From an uncultured delta proteobacterium (GTDB taxonomy: Bacteria > Desulfobacterota > Desulfobacteria > Desulfobacterales > JAFDCJ01), in assembly GCA_963769935.1 (NCBI GenBank), contig CAVYNY010000010.1:512001-576000 (forward strand): a stretch of DNA of 64,000 nucleotides. Direction: 5' to 3'. Made by a program: the position numbers and the translations under genes. Below, piece by piece: positions 38,420-49,960 of the stretch. Positions within the stretch are counted from its first letter, which is position 1, and the number at the start of each line of letters is the position of its first letter. The notes below the pieces were generated by a model, which saw only the letters and a list, made by a program, of their open reading frames with translations, made no database searches and was not told the origin of the DNA.

Positions 38420-39591
38420 TATATTCCCAACACATTACACAGCACGGTAATGATCGCCGTTGCCACGGTGATGGCGATGATCGACGTCACAACGGCCGAT
38501 GTGGTTGCGTCGCCGACGGCCGAGGCACTGCGTCCGCAGGCCATTCCTTTGAGGCACCCGGCCAGGGCCACCAACATGCCGAAAACAGCGGCCTGAAAAA
38601 TTCCGATAAAAAAATCGTTTAAATTCAGGGAGGCCTTCGTCTGATTCACATACTGGATGAGGCCGATGTCGAGCAGGCCCACGCCGACGATCAGGCCGCC
38701 GAGCACCCCCATCAGGTCCGCAAAGACGCACAACAGCGGCATCATCAGGACCAGGGCCAGCATCCGCGGCAGCACCAGAAACTCCATGGGAGACACCCCC
38801 ATGGTCTTCAAGGCATCAATCTCTTCGTTGACCTGCATCGTCCCCAGCTGAGCGGCAAAAGCCGCACCGGTGCGGCCCGCCATGACAATCCCGGCCATGA
38901 CGGCCCCCAGGACCCGCACCATGGCAATGGCCACCAGGTTGGCCACAAAGATCTGGGCCCCGAACATCATCAGCTGAACAGCGCCCACGAAGGCCAGGAT
39001 CATGCCGACCAGAAAACTGATCAAAGCCACGATCGGCAGGGCATCGACGCCGCAGTCTTGGATGAGCAGCGTCAAATCGACGCGGCGAAAGCTGGCCTGA
39101 CCCACCGGAAATTTCAAAAGTGCAACTACCGCCTCGCCGATGAACGCCAGCAGTCCCGAAGCGGCTTGCCACAGCGCAATGGCGGATGTGCCGACGCGCA
39201 CCAAAAATGGATCGCGCGTGGTTGCCTTTCGCGCCCCTTTTCTTTCCGCAACGGCCGTCGCCAGACCTATCAGTTTTTTGACGCCGACCGGCAGCCCGTC
39301 CTTTTCCACAACAATATTATTCGCTGAACAGTATTGGTAGAGATCCATTAAAAACGTCACCAGGCTGCTGTCCCAGCCGGTAAGCTGGTCGGTTTCGAAC
39401 ACCAGACGCCGGATGCCTTTAGACGGTTGGATGTGCGGGTAGGCTTCTGCGCTGGCAGGACGATGCGCATCGATTTTCCACCGGCCCTTAAGTTTGACAA
39501 GCAGGGTGTCGTTATCCTGCGGGCTGAAACTGAGGTCACCGCCTTCAGAATGCTTTTCTTTTTCTGATGACTGTTGTTTGTCTTTTGCCAT
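38419..39591 (-). CDS. mlaE: MlaE permease with N-terminal STAS-like domain
   Basis: AGRTGAAFAAQLGTMQVNEEIDAL and VGDATTSAVV. Confidence 0.92.
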   Translation of the reverse strand: MAKDKQQSSEKEKHSEGGDLSFSPQDNDTLLVKLKGRWKIDAHRPASAEAYPHIQPSKGIRRLVFETDQLTGWDSSLVTFLMDLYQYCSANNIVVEKDGLPVGVKKLIGLATAVAERKGARKATTRDPFLVRVGTSAIALWQAASGLLAFIGEAVVALLKFPVGQASFRRVDLTLLIQDCGVDALPIVALISFLVGMILAFVGAVQLMMFGAQIFVANLVAIAMVRVLGAVMAGIVMAGRTGAAFAAQLGTMQVNEEIDALKTMGVSPMEFLVLPRMLALVLMMPLLCVFADLMGVLGGLIVGVGLLDIGLIQYVNQTKASLNLNDFFIGIFQAAVFGMLVALAGCLKGMACGRSASAVGDATTSAVVTSIIAITVATAIITVLCNVLGI

Positions 39592-39632
39592 ATGAGGCGC
39601 GCCTTTTTTGTTGGAACAGGCTGTTCAGCCTT

Positions 39633-40902
39633 TCAGAACCGGTAGACAAAGTTAACGTTGAAGGCGTGAATAAAATTGGTGTCATACTCGCCCTTGAGGT
39701 CCCCAATGAGCTGACTGCGGCTCTGGTTGATCTCGGCTTCCCCCGCATAAATCAGGGTATAGGCCGCCCCGATCGAAAAATTTTTGTTCCAGTCGTACTG
39801 TACCCCGGTAGCGTAGCGATAGGCCTCGTCCAACGGCAGCAAGGGTGAGCGATCCTTGCTCCCGGATATGGGCGAGCTGTCGTAGCCGAAGCCGGCCATC
39901 AGCAGCCAGGGGTCGGCCACGCGATAGTAGACACCTACGCCGACATGAAAGGTATCCTGATAGTCCAGGTCCTTCGTGGTCGTGTTGCCATCGGCAACTG
40001 AAATTTCGGGCTCGCCGAATTTGCTCCAGTCCTGCCAGTTGACCGTGCCCACCAGCGCGAGTTTGTCGGTGAAGGCGTGATAGGCCCCGATCGACACCTG
40101 CATCGGAATCGTCGTGTCGATTTTGAATCGAGCGTCCATCAGACCGGATGCTTCCAGGGCAGCCCCCAGCACCGTGCCCTCGAGGTTTTTAAAGCGCAGA
40201 TCGTCCTTAAAATTCAGGTCGACCTGGGAGACGTAGGTAACGCCTATGCGGGTCTGCGGGCTCAATTCGAACAGCGCTCCGAGGTTAAATCCGTAGCCCA
40301 CATCAGTGGCATCGTACTTGAGGCGTCCGTCCCCCGGCTCCAGCAGAGTGTTGACGGCCACCCGCTCGCTCAACGCACCCCTGACGATGCTGGCGCCGCC
40401 GCCGACGGACAGCCACGGAGCGATCCGGTAGCCGATGGTCGGGTTGACCGCCACCGTCGTGAAGCTGGCGCTTTGAACGTAGTATTTGCCGGCCCAGTCA
40501 TTTGAGTAGTTGACTCCTAAACCGAAATAAGAGCCCACCCCAAGTCCCAGTTTTAAATCCGGGTTCAGGCTGTGCACGTAGTACAGCGGTGGGGACCGGA
40601 CTGAAATAGCCGGCATTGCCGCCCCCGTTGTCGCCGTATGTGGCGCTGTGGACATCAAACTTAGTGTCGGGATAGATGCCCAGGATGCCGCCTTCCATCT
40701 GGGAGCGGTCCAGCCGGGTCATCGCGGCCGGGTTGCCGCTGGCCGTAGAGGCATCCAGCCCCGCGGCCTGCCGGCCGGCGCCGCCTACCCCCATGTCGGG
40801 GGTCGCCTCCTCGTACAGCCAGAGCCCGCCGGCCTGGGCCGAAGAAGCCATCACAATCGCCAACAATACTGAAATGACCACGCTGAAACCATACTTCTTC
40901 AT
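39633..40902 (-). CDS. FadL/OmpP1 outer-membrane hydrophobic-solute channel (one frameshift near 40600)
   Basis: AGGLWLYE..DAST..NPAAM N-terminus in one frame; FGLG, NPTIGYR, GYDSSP and terminal YRF in the other. Confidence 0.85.
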
Positions 40903-40981
40903 AGTATCCTCCTTGGACTTAACACAGTAGTTGCACAACGCTAAATATAAACATAAAACCGCATATATAAATCGGAATAAA

Positions 40982-43492
40982 TTACTTCTCCTTCTGCATC
41001 GCCTCCGTTTTGTCGCCTTGCTGGAGGCCGGCCGCCTTCGGCGCAGTTGCATTCCCCAAAACGCGCACCTCGCGCTGGGGGAAGGGAAACGACATCCCCG
41101 CCGCATACACGGCATCGTAAACAGCCGCGGCCAGCTCGCTGCGAATCACCGCCCAGTTGACGGACGTAGCCGTCCAGGCCCGCAGCTCGAAGTTGATGGA
41201 GCTGTCGCCATAACCCATGAAGAGCCCCCGGGGCGGTGGATTTTCTAAAACGGCCGTATGGGCCTGCGCCGTCTTCTCCAGCAGATCGATCACCGCCTGC
41301 GGCGCGGCGCCGTAGTTTACGCCCACCGGCAGGTCGATGCGGCGCAGCTGGTCGCTGAAGGTCCAGTTGGTCACGCTGGCAGTTATGAACTGGGCATTGG
41401 GCACGATAATGTCGGCCCCCTGCAGTGTGCGCACGGTGCTTGCGCGGATGCCGATGCGGCGCACTTCCCCCTGCAAGTCTCCCACCTCGATAATGTCCCC
41501 CATGTGCACCGGCCGTTCGAAAAGCAGGATCAGCCCGCAGACGAAATTATTCACCACGTTCTGCAGCCCGAAGCCGATGCCCACTCCGAAGGCCCCCGCC
41601 ATGACGGTCACCCGGGTCAGGTCCATCCCCAGCACCCCCAGCCCCACCAGGAACCCGATAGCCAGGATAACGTAGTGGATCAGGCGCGAGTAAGCATAGG
41701 ACAATCCGCGCGGCACGCCCCTGCGGGGATACACTTCTTCCCGCAGTACGAACCGGATGAGAGCCGACAGCAGGAAGGCTGCCAGCACCGTGAGCCCGAA
41801 GGCGAGGATGTCCTCGATGGAAATGCTGATAGAACCGCGTGCCAGCCTCACGCCTAATATGGTGCTGCCCGCCGACAGCACGGGGTCCAGCATCCCGATG
41901 TATTCGAGCGAACGGCTAATCCAAAAGAAAACCGCTGTCCACACCAGCAGACGGTAAATCCAACTTTGAATGCGATCGCCATGGTTGCGCACCATCTGCA
42001 GGTGTTGCAAAAGCGTCGATCGCAGCGCAATGACGGCCGCGCCGCCGGCCACCCGGACATAGGCATACAGCGCCAGCGCCGAAACGCCTCCGGCGAGGGT
42101 AGCGGGCGTGATCAGGCGCGCCAATCTCGTAAACCCCAGGGCAGCTGCTAAACAACCGCCTGCGAAGCTGAACATGAGCATTTTGGCAACCAGCGGCAGC
42201 CAGTGCGCGCGCAACCCCGGCGGTTTCTGTTCGGGCTCATACTGCAGACGTCCGGTCTGCAGCAACCATCCCAGCACGATGATTGCCGCCAGACCTTCAA
42301 ATATGAGAAGCGCTTGCTCCACCAGCAGCGCCCCGCCGAAAGTCTGGCGAACAAGGTCGACCGCATACAGGATCGCCGCCGTGAAGACTGCGGGGGTCAT
42401 GCGGTGTTTGATCACCGGGCGCACCAACCTGATCATCGGCGCGAGTGCCAGGACTGCAAGTATGCCTTTCACAAGAGTGGGAGCCGGTGAATTGACCGCC
42501 GTGGATAGAAGCAGGACGATAATCAAAGCGGCGGAATAAGGGCGGTCAAAAACATTCACGACCGGAGACACACCCACGCCGCCGTCCTTCCATTGGCGTT
42601 TTTTGCGCCGCGCCGCGCACGTCGCCATGGTCAGCACCAACAAGAGTGCCGCGTGCAGCGGCATTCCACGCGAGGGGTCCCGCACGTATTCCCGGACGTT
42701 GGTCTGCAAGTCGCGGGCGATGTTCCGCAGGTTGTCAGGCAGAACGGTCCGCATACGGGCCCAAACCTCATGGCTCCAGACAGGCAGACTTTCCCGCACC
42801 AGAATGCCCTGGACGGCCGATTTTCGGGCCTTGAGAATCTGCGCCAGCATATCATCGCAGCGGGCCTGTTTTGCGGCCAGGTCGGCCTGCAGCCCAAGCA
42901 TCGTCTCCTCCCAGGTCTTCAGGGGCGGCTGCGCGACCTTGATGGAATCCAGCGTCGCTTCAATCTGCCGCAGAACCACTCCCGGCACCTGGCCGGCTTT
43001 GGCGGCAGCAAGGGTCTGGGCCCAGGTCGCTCTCATTTGCGACAGGCGGTCCAGGGCTACCTGCAGCGCGACAGCCTGTTGGGTCAGCAGGGTCAGCCAG
43101 GTGCTCACCTTAAGGTGCCTGCGCTGCCACAGCGCCCGCTGTACCTCCAAAATCGACAGCGGGGGCTGTGCCATGAGAGTGGCGGCAGATTCAACAGCAT
43201 CCAGGTCGATCTGCCGGCTGATTGCGGGAAGCGCCTTTTGGATCTTTTCGATCTCAGGGTTGAAGGCTAATTTTTCGGAGAAGCTTATCAGAAGATTGGC
43301 GACCTCCTCGGATCTGGCCGCGACCTCCTCCGGCGCAATGGCGGCTGCGGGCGGCGGCACGGCAGAATGCGGCGATCCGGCGGGTGCCTGTCCGAACGAT
43401 CTCCCGGGGGTTGCCGCCAGCATAAAGACGACCGCCAATCCGATGGCTTGCAGGCTTATCGCTATGCTCCGCGCTTTGTCGCCAATCATCAT
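40982..43492 (-). CDS. Large MscS-family mechanosensitive channel (MscK-like architecture)
   Basis: GVGIGFGLQNVVNNFV.GLILLFERP, IVPN, TNWT and FPFPQREV; long N-terminal helical and TM region. Confidence 0.92.
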   Translation of the reverse strand: MMIGDKARSIAISLQAIGLAVVFMLAATPGRSFGQAPAGSPHSAVPPPAAAIAPEEVAARSEEVANLLISFSEKLAFNPEIEKIQKALPAISRQIDLDAVESAATLMAQPPLSILEVQRALWQRRHLKVSTWLTLLTQQAVALQVALDRLSQMRATWAQTLAAAKAGQVPGVVLRQIEATLDSIKVAQPPLKTWEETMLGLQADLAAKQARCDDMLAQILKARKSAVQGILVRESLPVWSHEVWARMRTVLPDNLRNIARDLQTNVREYVRDPSRGMPLHAALLLVLTMATCAARRKKRQWKDGGVGVSPVVNVFDRPYSAALIIVLLLSTAVNSPAPTLVKGILAVLALAPMIRLVRPVIKHRMTPAVFTAAILYAVDLVRQTFGGALLVEQALLIFEGLAAIIVLGWLLQTGRLQYEPEQKPPGLRAHWLPLVAKMLMFSFAGGCLAAALGFTRLARLITPATLAGGVSALALYAYVRVAGGAAVIALRSTLLQHLQMVRNHGDRIQSWIYRLLVWTAVFFWISRSLEYIGMLDPVLSAGSTILGVRLARGSISISIEDILAFGLTVLAAFLLSALIRFVLREEVYPRRGVPRGLSYAYSRLIHYVILAIGFLVGLGVLGMDLTRVTVMAGAFGVGIGFGLQNVVNNFVCGLILLFERPVHMGDIIEVGDLQGEVRRIGIRASTVRTLQGADIIVPNAQFITASVTNWTFSDQLRRIDLPVGVNYGAAPQAVIDLLEKTAQAHTAVLENPPPRGLFMGYGDSSINFELRAWTATSVNWAVIRSELAAAVYDAVYAAGMSFPFPQREVRVLGNATAPKAAGLQQGDKTEAMQKEK

Positions 43493-43688
43493 TGCCTTGC
43501 TCCGTTGTCTTCACCCCTTAGTTGCAACATTGGGGTTCAGCAAAACGCCGTGTACGCAGGCACAATGATTTTTGCTGTTATTTATAGCACCTGAAGGAAA
43601 ACAGCTCAAGCAATTGGTGCAACAGACATTTACTGATATCCCATTCCGGTTCAGCTTTCAACGGGAGCCTCGCCCTATGCGCACGACC

Positions 43689-44393
43689 TTATTGCTTCAT
43701 GCCGTGGGCCTGGTCCAGGAACAGTTTGATTCGCTCTCCCCAGAACTTGAAGGCGTCTTCGGTGGATCCCCACTTGCTGAACCGCTCCGTGAATCCCGCG
43801 CTCTTCTCATCCTGAGCTACTGCGATCACATCGTTGGTCATAGAGTCCAGGGCCATCAACTCTGCGGTTGTCGCGCCCGAACCGCTCCAGGAGCCCGAGG
43901 CGCCTTTCTTTACGAGGCTGATGCCCAATCCGATGGGGACCACCGAGGTAATGGCGCTCAAGACCGGCCGGCTCTGTTTAAGATCCGTAATCGCAAAGCG
44001 CAGCCGCAAAACGTCGGGACCCGGTTCCGCCACTATCGGGTAGGAATCTTTAAGGACGTCGACAATCTGCTTGTCGCAAGCATCTGCCAGCTCCTTCATG
44101 TCATTGGCATCGATGCCTTTGTTTTCCGAATCATCGGCAAAATAAAAAATTACGCTGTCCAGCATGATCTTGCTGTATTTGCCGAAATCAACCCCCGGTT
44201 TCAACCAGCGCATCTTGGCGCCGCCTTCCGGTCCGGGCTGCAAATCTTTATAATAGCCGTCCAGGAAGCCCTCTGTCTGCGCAGCTGTTTCGGCATTTTT
44301 CGTTTGAGTGCCCGTCGATGCGCATGATATAACAAGGCTCACCATGGCAATTCCCATAACCGCTATCATAAGGTTTCTAACTGATGTTTTCAT
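43689..44393 (-). CDS. DUF3313-like lipoprotein
   Basis: Lipobox ISC, GFL..Y..L and PGPDVLRLRFAITDL. Confidence 0.75.
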   Translation of the reverse strand: MKTSVRNLMIAVMGIAMVSLVISCASTGTQTKNAETAAQTEGFLDGYYKDLQPGPEGGAKMRWLKPGVDFGKYSKIMLDSVIFYFADDSENKGIDANDMKELADACDKQIVDVLKDSYPIVAEPGPDVLRLRFAITDLKQSRPVLSAITSVVPIGLGISLVKKGASGSWSGSGATTAELMALDSMTNDVIAVAQDEKSAGFTERFSKWGSTEDAFKFWGERIKLFLDQAHGMKQ

Positions 44394-44486
44394 AGGTATC
44401 TCCTTAAATAATCTTCAATTGATCGCTCTTTAAATTTGAAAGGTTCAATTCTGGTCATATGAAGGCAGAAAATTCCATTTACCCGT

Positions 44487-45197
44487 TCAACTTATCCAGC
44501 CCTGTTCCTGGAATCGTTTTTTGAGCACATCGGCAATTTCCTTCGCGGTCTGCTTGGCCCGGCCCTCAATCGTGCTTTTGCCGCTCTCTTGGCCATAGAT
44601 TTTCATTCCGCTGCTGATGATGAGCCCCGCCGGGTTGTGAGTGGCAATTAAACCGAGAACCCCCAGGTCCGCCCCCGGCGTTTCGCCGCTGGTTGAACTC
44701 GTTGTGCCGGATCCAAGTTTGCGCAATCCCTGGGCCGTCATCTGAAATCCTTCGACCGCTACTTTAAGGTCGGACGCGCCGGAACCGAATCCGATCATGA
44801 TGCGCTTAGCGGCGCTGCCCGCGTTGTATGAAATGAGATAACCCCGGATGACAATGTCGTTGATCTGCGGCGTCGTTCCTGCCATCGCCCGTGCTGCGGG
44901 CATTCCCATGGCGCGGATCTGCTCCACCAACTGCGCCGCAATTTCAACGCCCAGCTTCCGCCCGGTGGCGATCTCTTCGTCGGTTTGGGGTGTGCTGTGC
45001 TCGGAATACTGCCCCGCGAACGCGGATTCGTCCGGGACATCTTCGGGAGTAGCGGCGAAGTCGTACACCCAGATGGTATTGGGCCGCGGGAGTGGTCCGT
45101 ACACCAGTTCGCTGCGGTTGGAGACCTTAGTCGAGGCGCACCCGGCAGTCATCAGCAGGGCGACCAGACATATTACGATATGGTTGCGAAAATTCAT
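44487..45197 (-). CDS. DUF4410-like lipoprotein
   Basis: Lipobox TAGC, IWVYDFA, G...KRIMIGFGSG, C-terminal QGWI. Confidence 0.75.
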   Translation of the reverse strand: MNFRNHIVICLVALLMTAGCASTKVSNRSELVYGPLPRPNTIWVYDFAATPEDVPDESAFAGQYSEHSTPQTDEEIATGRKLGVEIAAQLVEQIRAMGMPAARAMAGTTPQINDIVIRGYLISYNAGSAAKRIMIGFGSGASDLKVAVEGFQMTAQGLRKLGSGTTSSTSGETPGADLGVLGLIATHNPAGLIISSGMKIYGQESGKSTIEGRAKQTAKEIADVLKKRFQEQGWIS

Positions 45198-45292
45198 TCG
45201 ACACCTCCTTTTGCATTTATGTGGTGAATATTATCTCTGTCGGCCGACGTATAGGCCCGCCGATCAGCGGCGAAAAAACGGGGCTTATTCCA

Positions 45293-46150
45293 TCACAGAC
45301 CTTGAAGAATCTGGGCCTTCTTGGCATCGTAGTCGTTTTGCGTGATCAGGCCCTGATCGAAGAGCGCTTTCAGGTCTCTCAGCTCGCGTTCCACGGTCTG
45401 AAGGGAGGTCGACGCCGCGGTCGAGGGCTGCTTGTGCTGCACAATCTGCGGCAAAGGCGGCGGCATGGTCCGATCGTAGTTGAAATTTTGCACCTGGACG
45501 CTCATGTTCTTGACAGGAACAAGCACTTCGGCATAGTCGACGTGGGTCAGCCCCCTGCGCAGGGTCTTGAACGTGGCCGTGAGATTCACCGCATCGCCCT
45601 GAAAGAAGGTGTCGACCTGTATCTTGCGCGTCTGCCGGGTGGACGCATCCGTCCACACGGAGAGACTGTCTCCCGGGACAACCACGCTTGAGCCGTTCAT
45701 CAGGATCATTCTACCATCGTCCGCCAGGGTTGTGCTCGCCTTGTCCATGAAGTCGAGAACTTTGCCGGCCGTGGGCAGGGTGTATTGATCGAGAAGACTA
45801 CGCAGCCCTTTGAGATACGTTTCCATCTCCTTCCGCTTTTTTTCGGCAATGGCCCGGCGGATGAAACCAAAAGGCAGGGAGGCTCCCTGCTCGTTTTGCA
45901 CAATGCGCTGCAGCCGGCCGTCCGGACCGTATTGGACCAGCTCCAAACGCATGTCTTTTACTTGACCGTCCACGATCAATTCGGTGCGGGAGTGCCAGGA
46001 ATATTGATGCATCAGCTTGGCGTTGGCTTTGCGGGCTTCGGTTATTTTGACGGCCGTCTCGGCCCTGGCGGCCAGCTGATCCTGCGCCAGGATAAAATGC
46101 GGCGTGGCAAGAACGATCAGGCCTGCCGCCAGAATGCTTAGAATATTCAT
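45293..46150 (-). CDS. Exported protein with C-terminal SHOCT domain
   Basis: Signal peptide; LRDLKALFDQGLITQNDYDAKKAQIL. Confidence 0.75.
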   Translation of the reverse strand: MNILSILAAGLIVLATPHFILAQDQLAARAETAVKITEARKANAKLMHQYSWHSRTELIVDGQVKDMRLELVQYGPDGRLQRIVQNEQGASLPFGFIRRAIAEKKRKEMETYLKGLRSLLDQYTLPTAGKVLDFMDKASTTLADDGRMILMNGSSVVVPGDSLSVWTDASTRQTRKIQVDTFFQGDAVNLTATFKTLRRGLTHVDYAEVLVPVKNMSVQVQNFNYDRTMPPPLPQIVQHKQPSTAASTSLQTVERELRDLKALFDQGLITQNDYDAKKAQILQGL

Positions 46151-46255
46151 AACGGATTTCCTTTCTGCTTCTGTGGTGAGATACAATAAAAATTAGAACG
46201 AACCAACAATCCTTAATACGCCTGACCGAAAGGTTCAAGGGCCACGGCCCTGCTG

Positions 46256-46654
46256 TTAATTTTTCTGGGCCTGCCAGGTGCCGTGGTCGAAGGGTGGTAT
46301 GGTGAATTTATACGTTCCGTTCAACGATACGCCGTCAGCGGATAATTTTCCCGAAATGGTCCCCTGAAGGGGAAGGAGGATTTGCCCCTGCAATTCGTCT
46401 GCCTTCATTTCACCCCTGAAATTCAGGTATGAGCCCTCCTCATCGAAATTGCCGAAAAACGATTTGCCGCCGTCGGGCGACCGATACAATTTGACCTCGA
46501 CAGAACCTTCATTAGCGGTTCCATTAAAGGTGCCTTCGTACACCGCGACCAATACGGAGCCCTGGGGCACGCCTGTTATCGTCGCGGAGGCACAGCCAAA
46601 CGCCGCGCAGGCGGTACTTACTACAATCATCAACAGCCAAAGGTATTTTTTCAT
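46256..46654 (-). CDS. Hypothetical lipoprotein (small beta-rich)
   Basis: Signal peptide with AFGC lipobox. Confidence 0.65.
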   Translation of the reverse strand: MKKYLWLLMIVVSTACAAFGCASATITGVPQGSVLVAVYEGTFNGTANEGSVEVKLYRSPDGGKSFFGNFDEEGSYLNFRGEMKADELQGQILLPLQGTISGKLSADGVSLNGTYKFTIPPFDHGTWQAQKN

Positions 46655-46814
46655 GATATTCGGTCCCTTTATCCGCAGCTACTGTCTGCCGCCGGCTTTC
46701 GCCCCGGCTTCCATGAGTTGCGGTGGCGAAGTCGCGGACCGCCCCGGACAATGCCGGAGCGGCCCGCGCGGTTGGCAACCCAAACGGTGTCAGTGTTCGC
46801 GCGCCTGTGCAGGC

Positions 46815-49366
46815 CTACTGCGGCCCGGCCTGGATGTGACGCAGCGGCGTGCCATCGAGCGCTTCGGCCTCTGCCTTCTCGAGCGTCTTGATGTCCTCGG
46901 GCGTCAGCTTGGGACGATCGACCCTGATCGTCAGCTTGTCGAGTTTGGCCGTCAGCGGGAACGGCGGTGTGTAGTCCTCGTCATTCACGCCGGTAAGCGT
47001 GTCGGAGCCGATGTCGAAGCTCTCGTCCCATTGCAGGATCATGGGCAGCGTACGCTTCACCTCGATGGTCTGCGCTGCCTGGCCGTCCACCTTGAGCGTG
47101 CCGGTACCGGAACGGCCGAGGCCGCTCAAGTTGTTGAAGGCAAGCGTGCCCACACCTAGGCCGTCATACTTGAAGTCAAACTCCAGCGTGTGCTTGCCGG
47201 GCGTGAGGGCCTCCGGGCCTTCCCACTTGATGCGCTTGAGGTCGACCAGGTTCCACAGGAACACCGGCTTGCCCTTGAGCAGGTAGAAGCCATAGCCGGC
47301 GAAGCGCCCGCCCGAGGTCAGGATCATGCCCTCGGCGCCGCCTTCGGGGACCGTGATGTCCGCCGTGATGGTGTACGAGGCTATCCAGCAGGAAGGGCGA
47401 GTCGCCCTGCGGGAGTCCCACCATCGGCCGGGTATAGACGAACTCCGTGCGGCCGGCGGTGATGTTCGGGCGCGGCGCTACGATGCGGGCCGCCACCGAG
47501 GCATCCAGCGGGAAGACCTGGTACTTCTTCGCTTCCGCGACGAACTTTTCGCGCAGCTCCGCCACTTTCTCCGGATGCTGCGCGGCGATGTCGTTGGCCT
47601 GGCTGAAGTCCTTGGTCAGGTCGTAGAGCTGGAACACCTGGTTGTTCAGGGGGTCGGGGTTCGCCATACCGAAGGCCTGCCAGGGCGCGCGGTTGACCTT
47701 GGTGCTCAGCAGCCAGCCGTCGTCATAGAGCGCCCACTGGCCCATCATCTCGAAGTACTGGGTCTTGTGGCGCGACGGCACCTTGGCGTTGGCGGCGTCG
47801 AAGGTGTAGAGGAAGCTGGTGCCCTCGATGGGCGCCTGTTTGATGCCGTCGACCTCCTCAGGCGCGGGGATGCCGGCGGCCTCGAGGATAGTCGGCACGA
47901 CGTCGATCACGTGGATGAACTGCTCACGCAAAGCTCCCTTGTCCTTGATACGCGCCGGCCAGGACACCACCATGTTCTGGTTGATGCCGCCGAGCCTGGA
48001 CGCATTCTGCTTGAACCAGTCGAACGGCGTGTCGAAGGCCCACGACCATCCCGCCGACATGTGGTTGTAAGTCTGCTCCGTGCCCCAGACGTCATACCAC
48101 TTCATCTGCACGTCGACAGGCAACTCGCTCAGGCCATTGAAGAACGCCACTTCATTGGGCGTGCCCAGCGGCCCGCCCTCGGCGCTGGTGCCGTTGTCGC
48201 CGTTGATGTAGATGATCAGCGTGTTGTCGAGCCTGCCCAGGTCCTCGAAAGCCTGGATCACGCGGCCGATCTCGTGGTCGTTGTAGGCGGCATAGGCGGC
48301 GAAGACCTCCACCTGGCGGATGAAGAGCTTCTTCGCCTCGGCGCTGAGCTGGTCCCACGGCTTCAGGAGGTCTATCGGGCCAGGGCGTCAGCTTCGAATC
48401 CTTGTCGATCACGCCGAGGCGCATCTGGTTCTCGAAGATGCGCTCGCGCAGCTTGTTGTAGCCATCGTCGAAGAGATGCATCGCGTGGATCTTGTCCACC
48501 CACTCCTTGGTCGGGTGATGCGGCGCGTGCGTGGCGCCGGGCGCGTACTTGATGAAGATCGGCTTGCTGGGGTCCGTCTGGTGGATGCGCGTAATGTAGT
48601 CGATCGCGTCGTCCGCCATGCCGGTGATAAGGTTCCAGCCCGGCTTGCCCTCGAACGGATAGATCTGGGTGGTGTTGCGGAACAGGTTCGGCTGCCACTG
48701 GTTGGAGTCGCCGCCGACAAAGCCGTAGAAATACTCGAAGCCCATCCCGGTCGGCCATTGGTCAAACGGCCCGACCTGGCTGGCGGCAAACGCCGGCGTG
48801 TTGTGGTCCTTGCCGAACCACGCCGTGGAATAGCCGTTGTCGAGCAGAATCCGCCCGATGGTGGCCTTGTCCTTGGCGATGATGCTGTTGTAGCCCGGGA
48901 AGCCCGTGGACTGCTCGGAGATCACGCCGAAGCCGGCCGAGTGGTGGTTGCGCCCGGTGATGAGCGCCGCCCGCGTCGGCGAGCACAGCGCGGTGGAGAA
49001 CACGCGGTTGTAGCGCAGACCCTCGTTCGCGATGCGGTCCATGGTCGGCGTCGGAATCACCCCGCCGAAGGTGCTCGGCACCCCGAAGCCGGCATCGTCG
49101 GTGATGATCAGCAGTACGTTGGGCGCCTCCTTGGGCGGCACCATGCGCGGCGCCCACCAGGGCTTCGATTCCAGGGCATCGTCCTTGATCACGCCGCCGA
49201 ATTTCGGGTCGGGCGGCGGGAGTTGCTTGCCGCTGATGGTGGTGGTGGCGCTGGGCGAACCCAACTCACCGGTAATTTCCTGCGCCATGGCCGGCAAGGC
49301 GGCCAATAAAACCGCGATCAGAATAACGGCGAGCGCCATTGTTTTTGATCGGCTACGATTTTTCAT
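46815..49366 (-). CDS. Cys-type arylsulfatase 1, exported (frameshifts near 48375 and 47385)
   Basis: PNVLLIITDD, LCSPTRAALITGR, WFGKDH, HAPH and GDNG; ORFs 48152..49366, 47176..48312 and 46815..47327 concatenate into one protein. Confidence 0.9.
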
Positions 49367-49515
49367 GTCATGCTCCTTTCGGTTTACTTTTCCGGTTACG
49401 GGGACCTCAGGCTATTCGAAAGCGAAAGTGCCTGAAATCCCAAGTTATTTGAAATGGTCGATCCAAGTTCTCGACCTGCTCGAGGGATCTGCGCATCATC
49501 GTCCCAAACGCCTTC

Positions 49516-49899
49516 TCAATCATTGTGCGCTTTCGCTCCCTTAACTTGCCTGTCTTTGAACCATGCGGTGGCAAGAAGAACGGTCAATACAGCGTGGAAT
49601 GCCGCCGCCGGCCACAATAGGCTCCCGACCCACTCACCGCCGAGTCCAAGGTAAACAAGATACAGCATGACCAGCACGCTGTAAATCAGCATGCCGGAAA
49701 GCCCCCGGGCAGCTCCTCCGCCTGAGAAGCAGGCCACGCCCAGCGCAACCAGAGCGATGCCGGCCACGCGAGCGACCGCAACCGTGACGCCGGAAAATAC
49801 CGTTCCTAACAATAGCCGCCCCACAATTGAAGGCGCTGCCATCAGCGCTGCTCCCGTTAAGGCTTCGGCAACGGCTGCCAAGGATAACAGTCGGTTCAT
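49516..49899 (-). CDS. Small four-TM membrane protein
   Basis: MNRLLSLAAVAE..; GAGGA RBS; hydrophobic helices. Confidence 0.7.
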   Translation of the reverse strand: MNRLLSLAAVAEALTGAALMAAPSIVGRLLLGTVFSGVTVAVARVAGIALVALGVACFSGGGAARGLSGMLIYSVLVMLYLVYLGLGGEWVGSLLWPAAAFHAVLTVLLATAWFKDRQVKGAKAHND

Positions 49900-49960
49900 C
49901 TTAATTTGTCCTCGCGGCGAGCGGAGATTCCGGCGCGCTCGCCGGGCTAAAAAAAGTCCT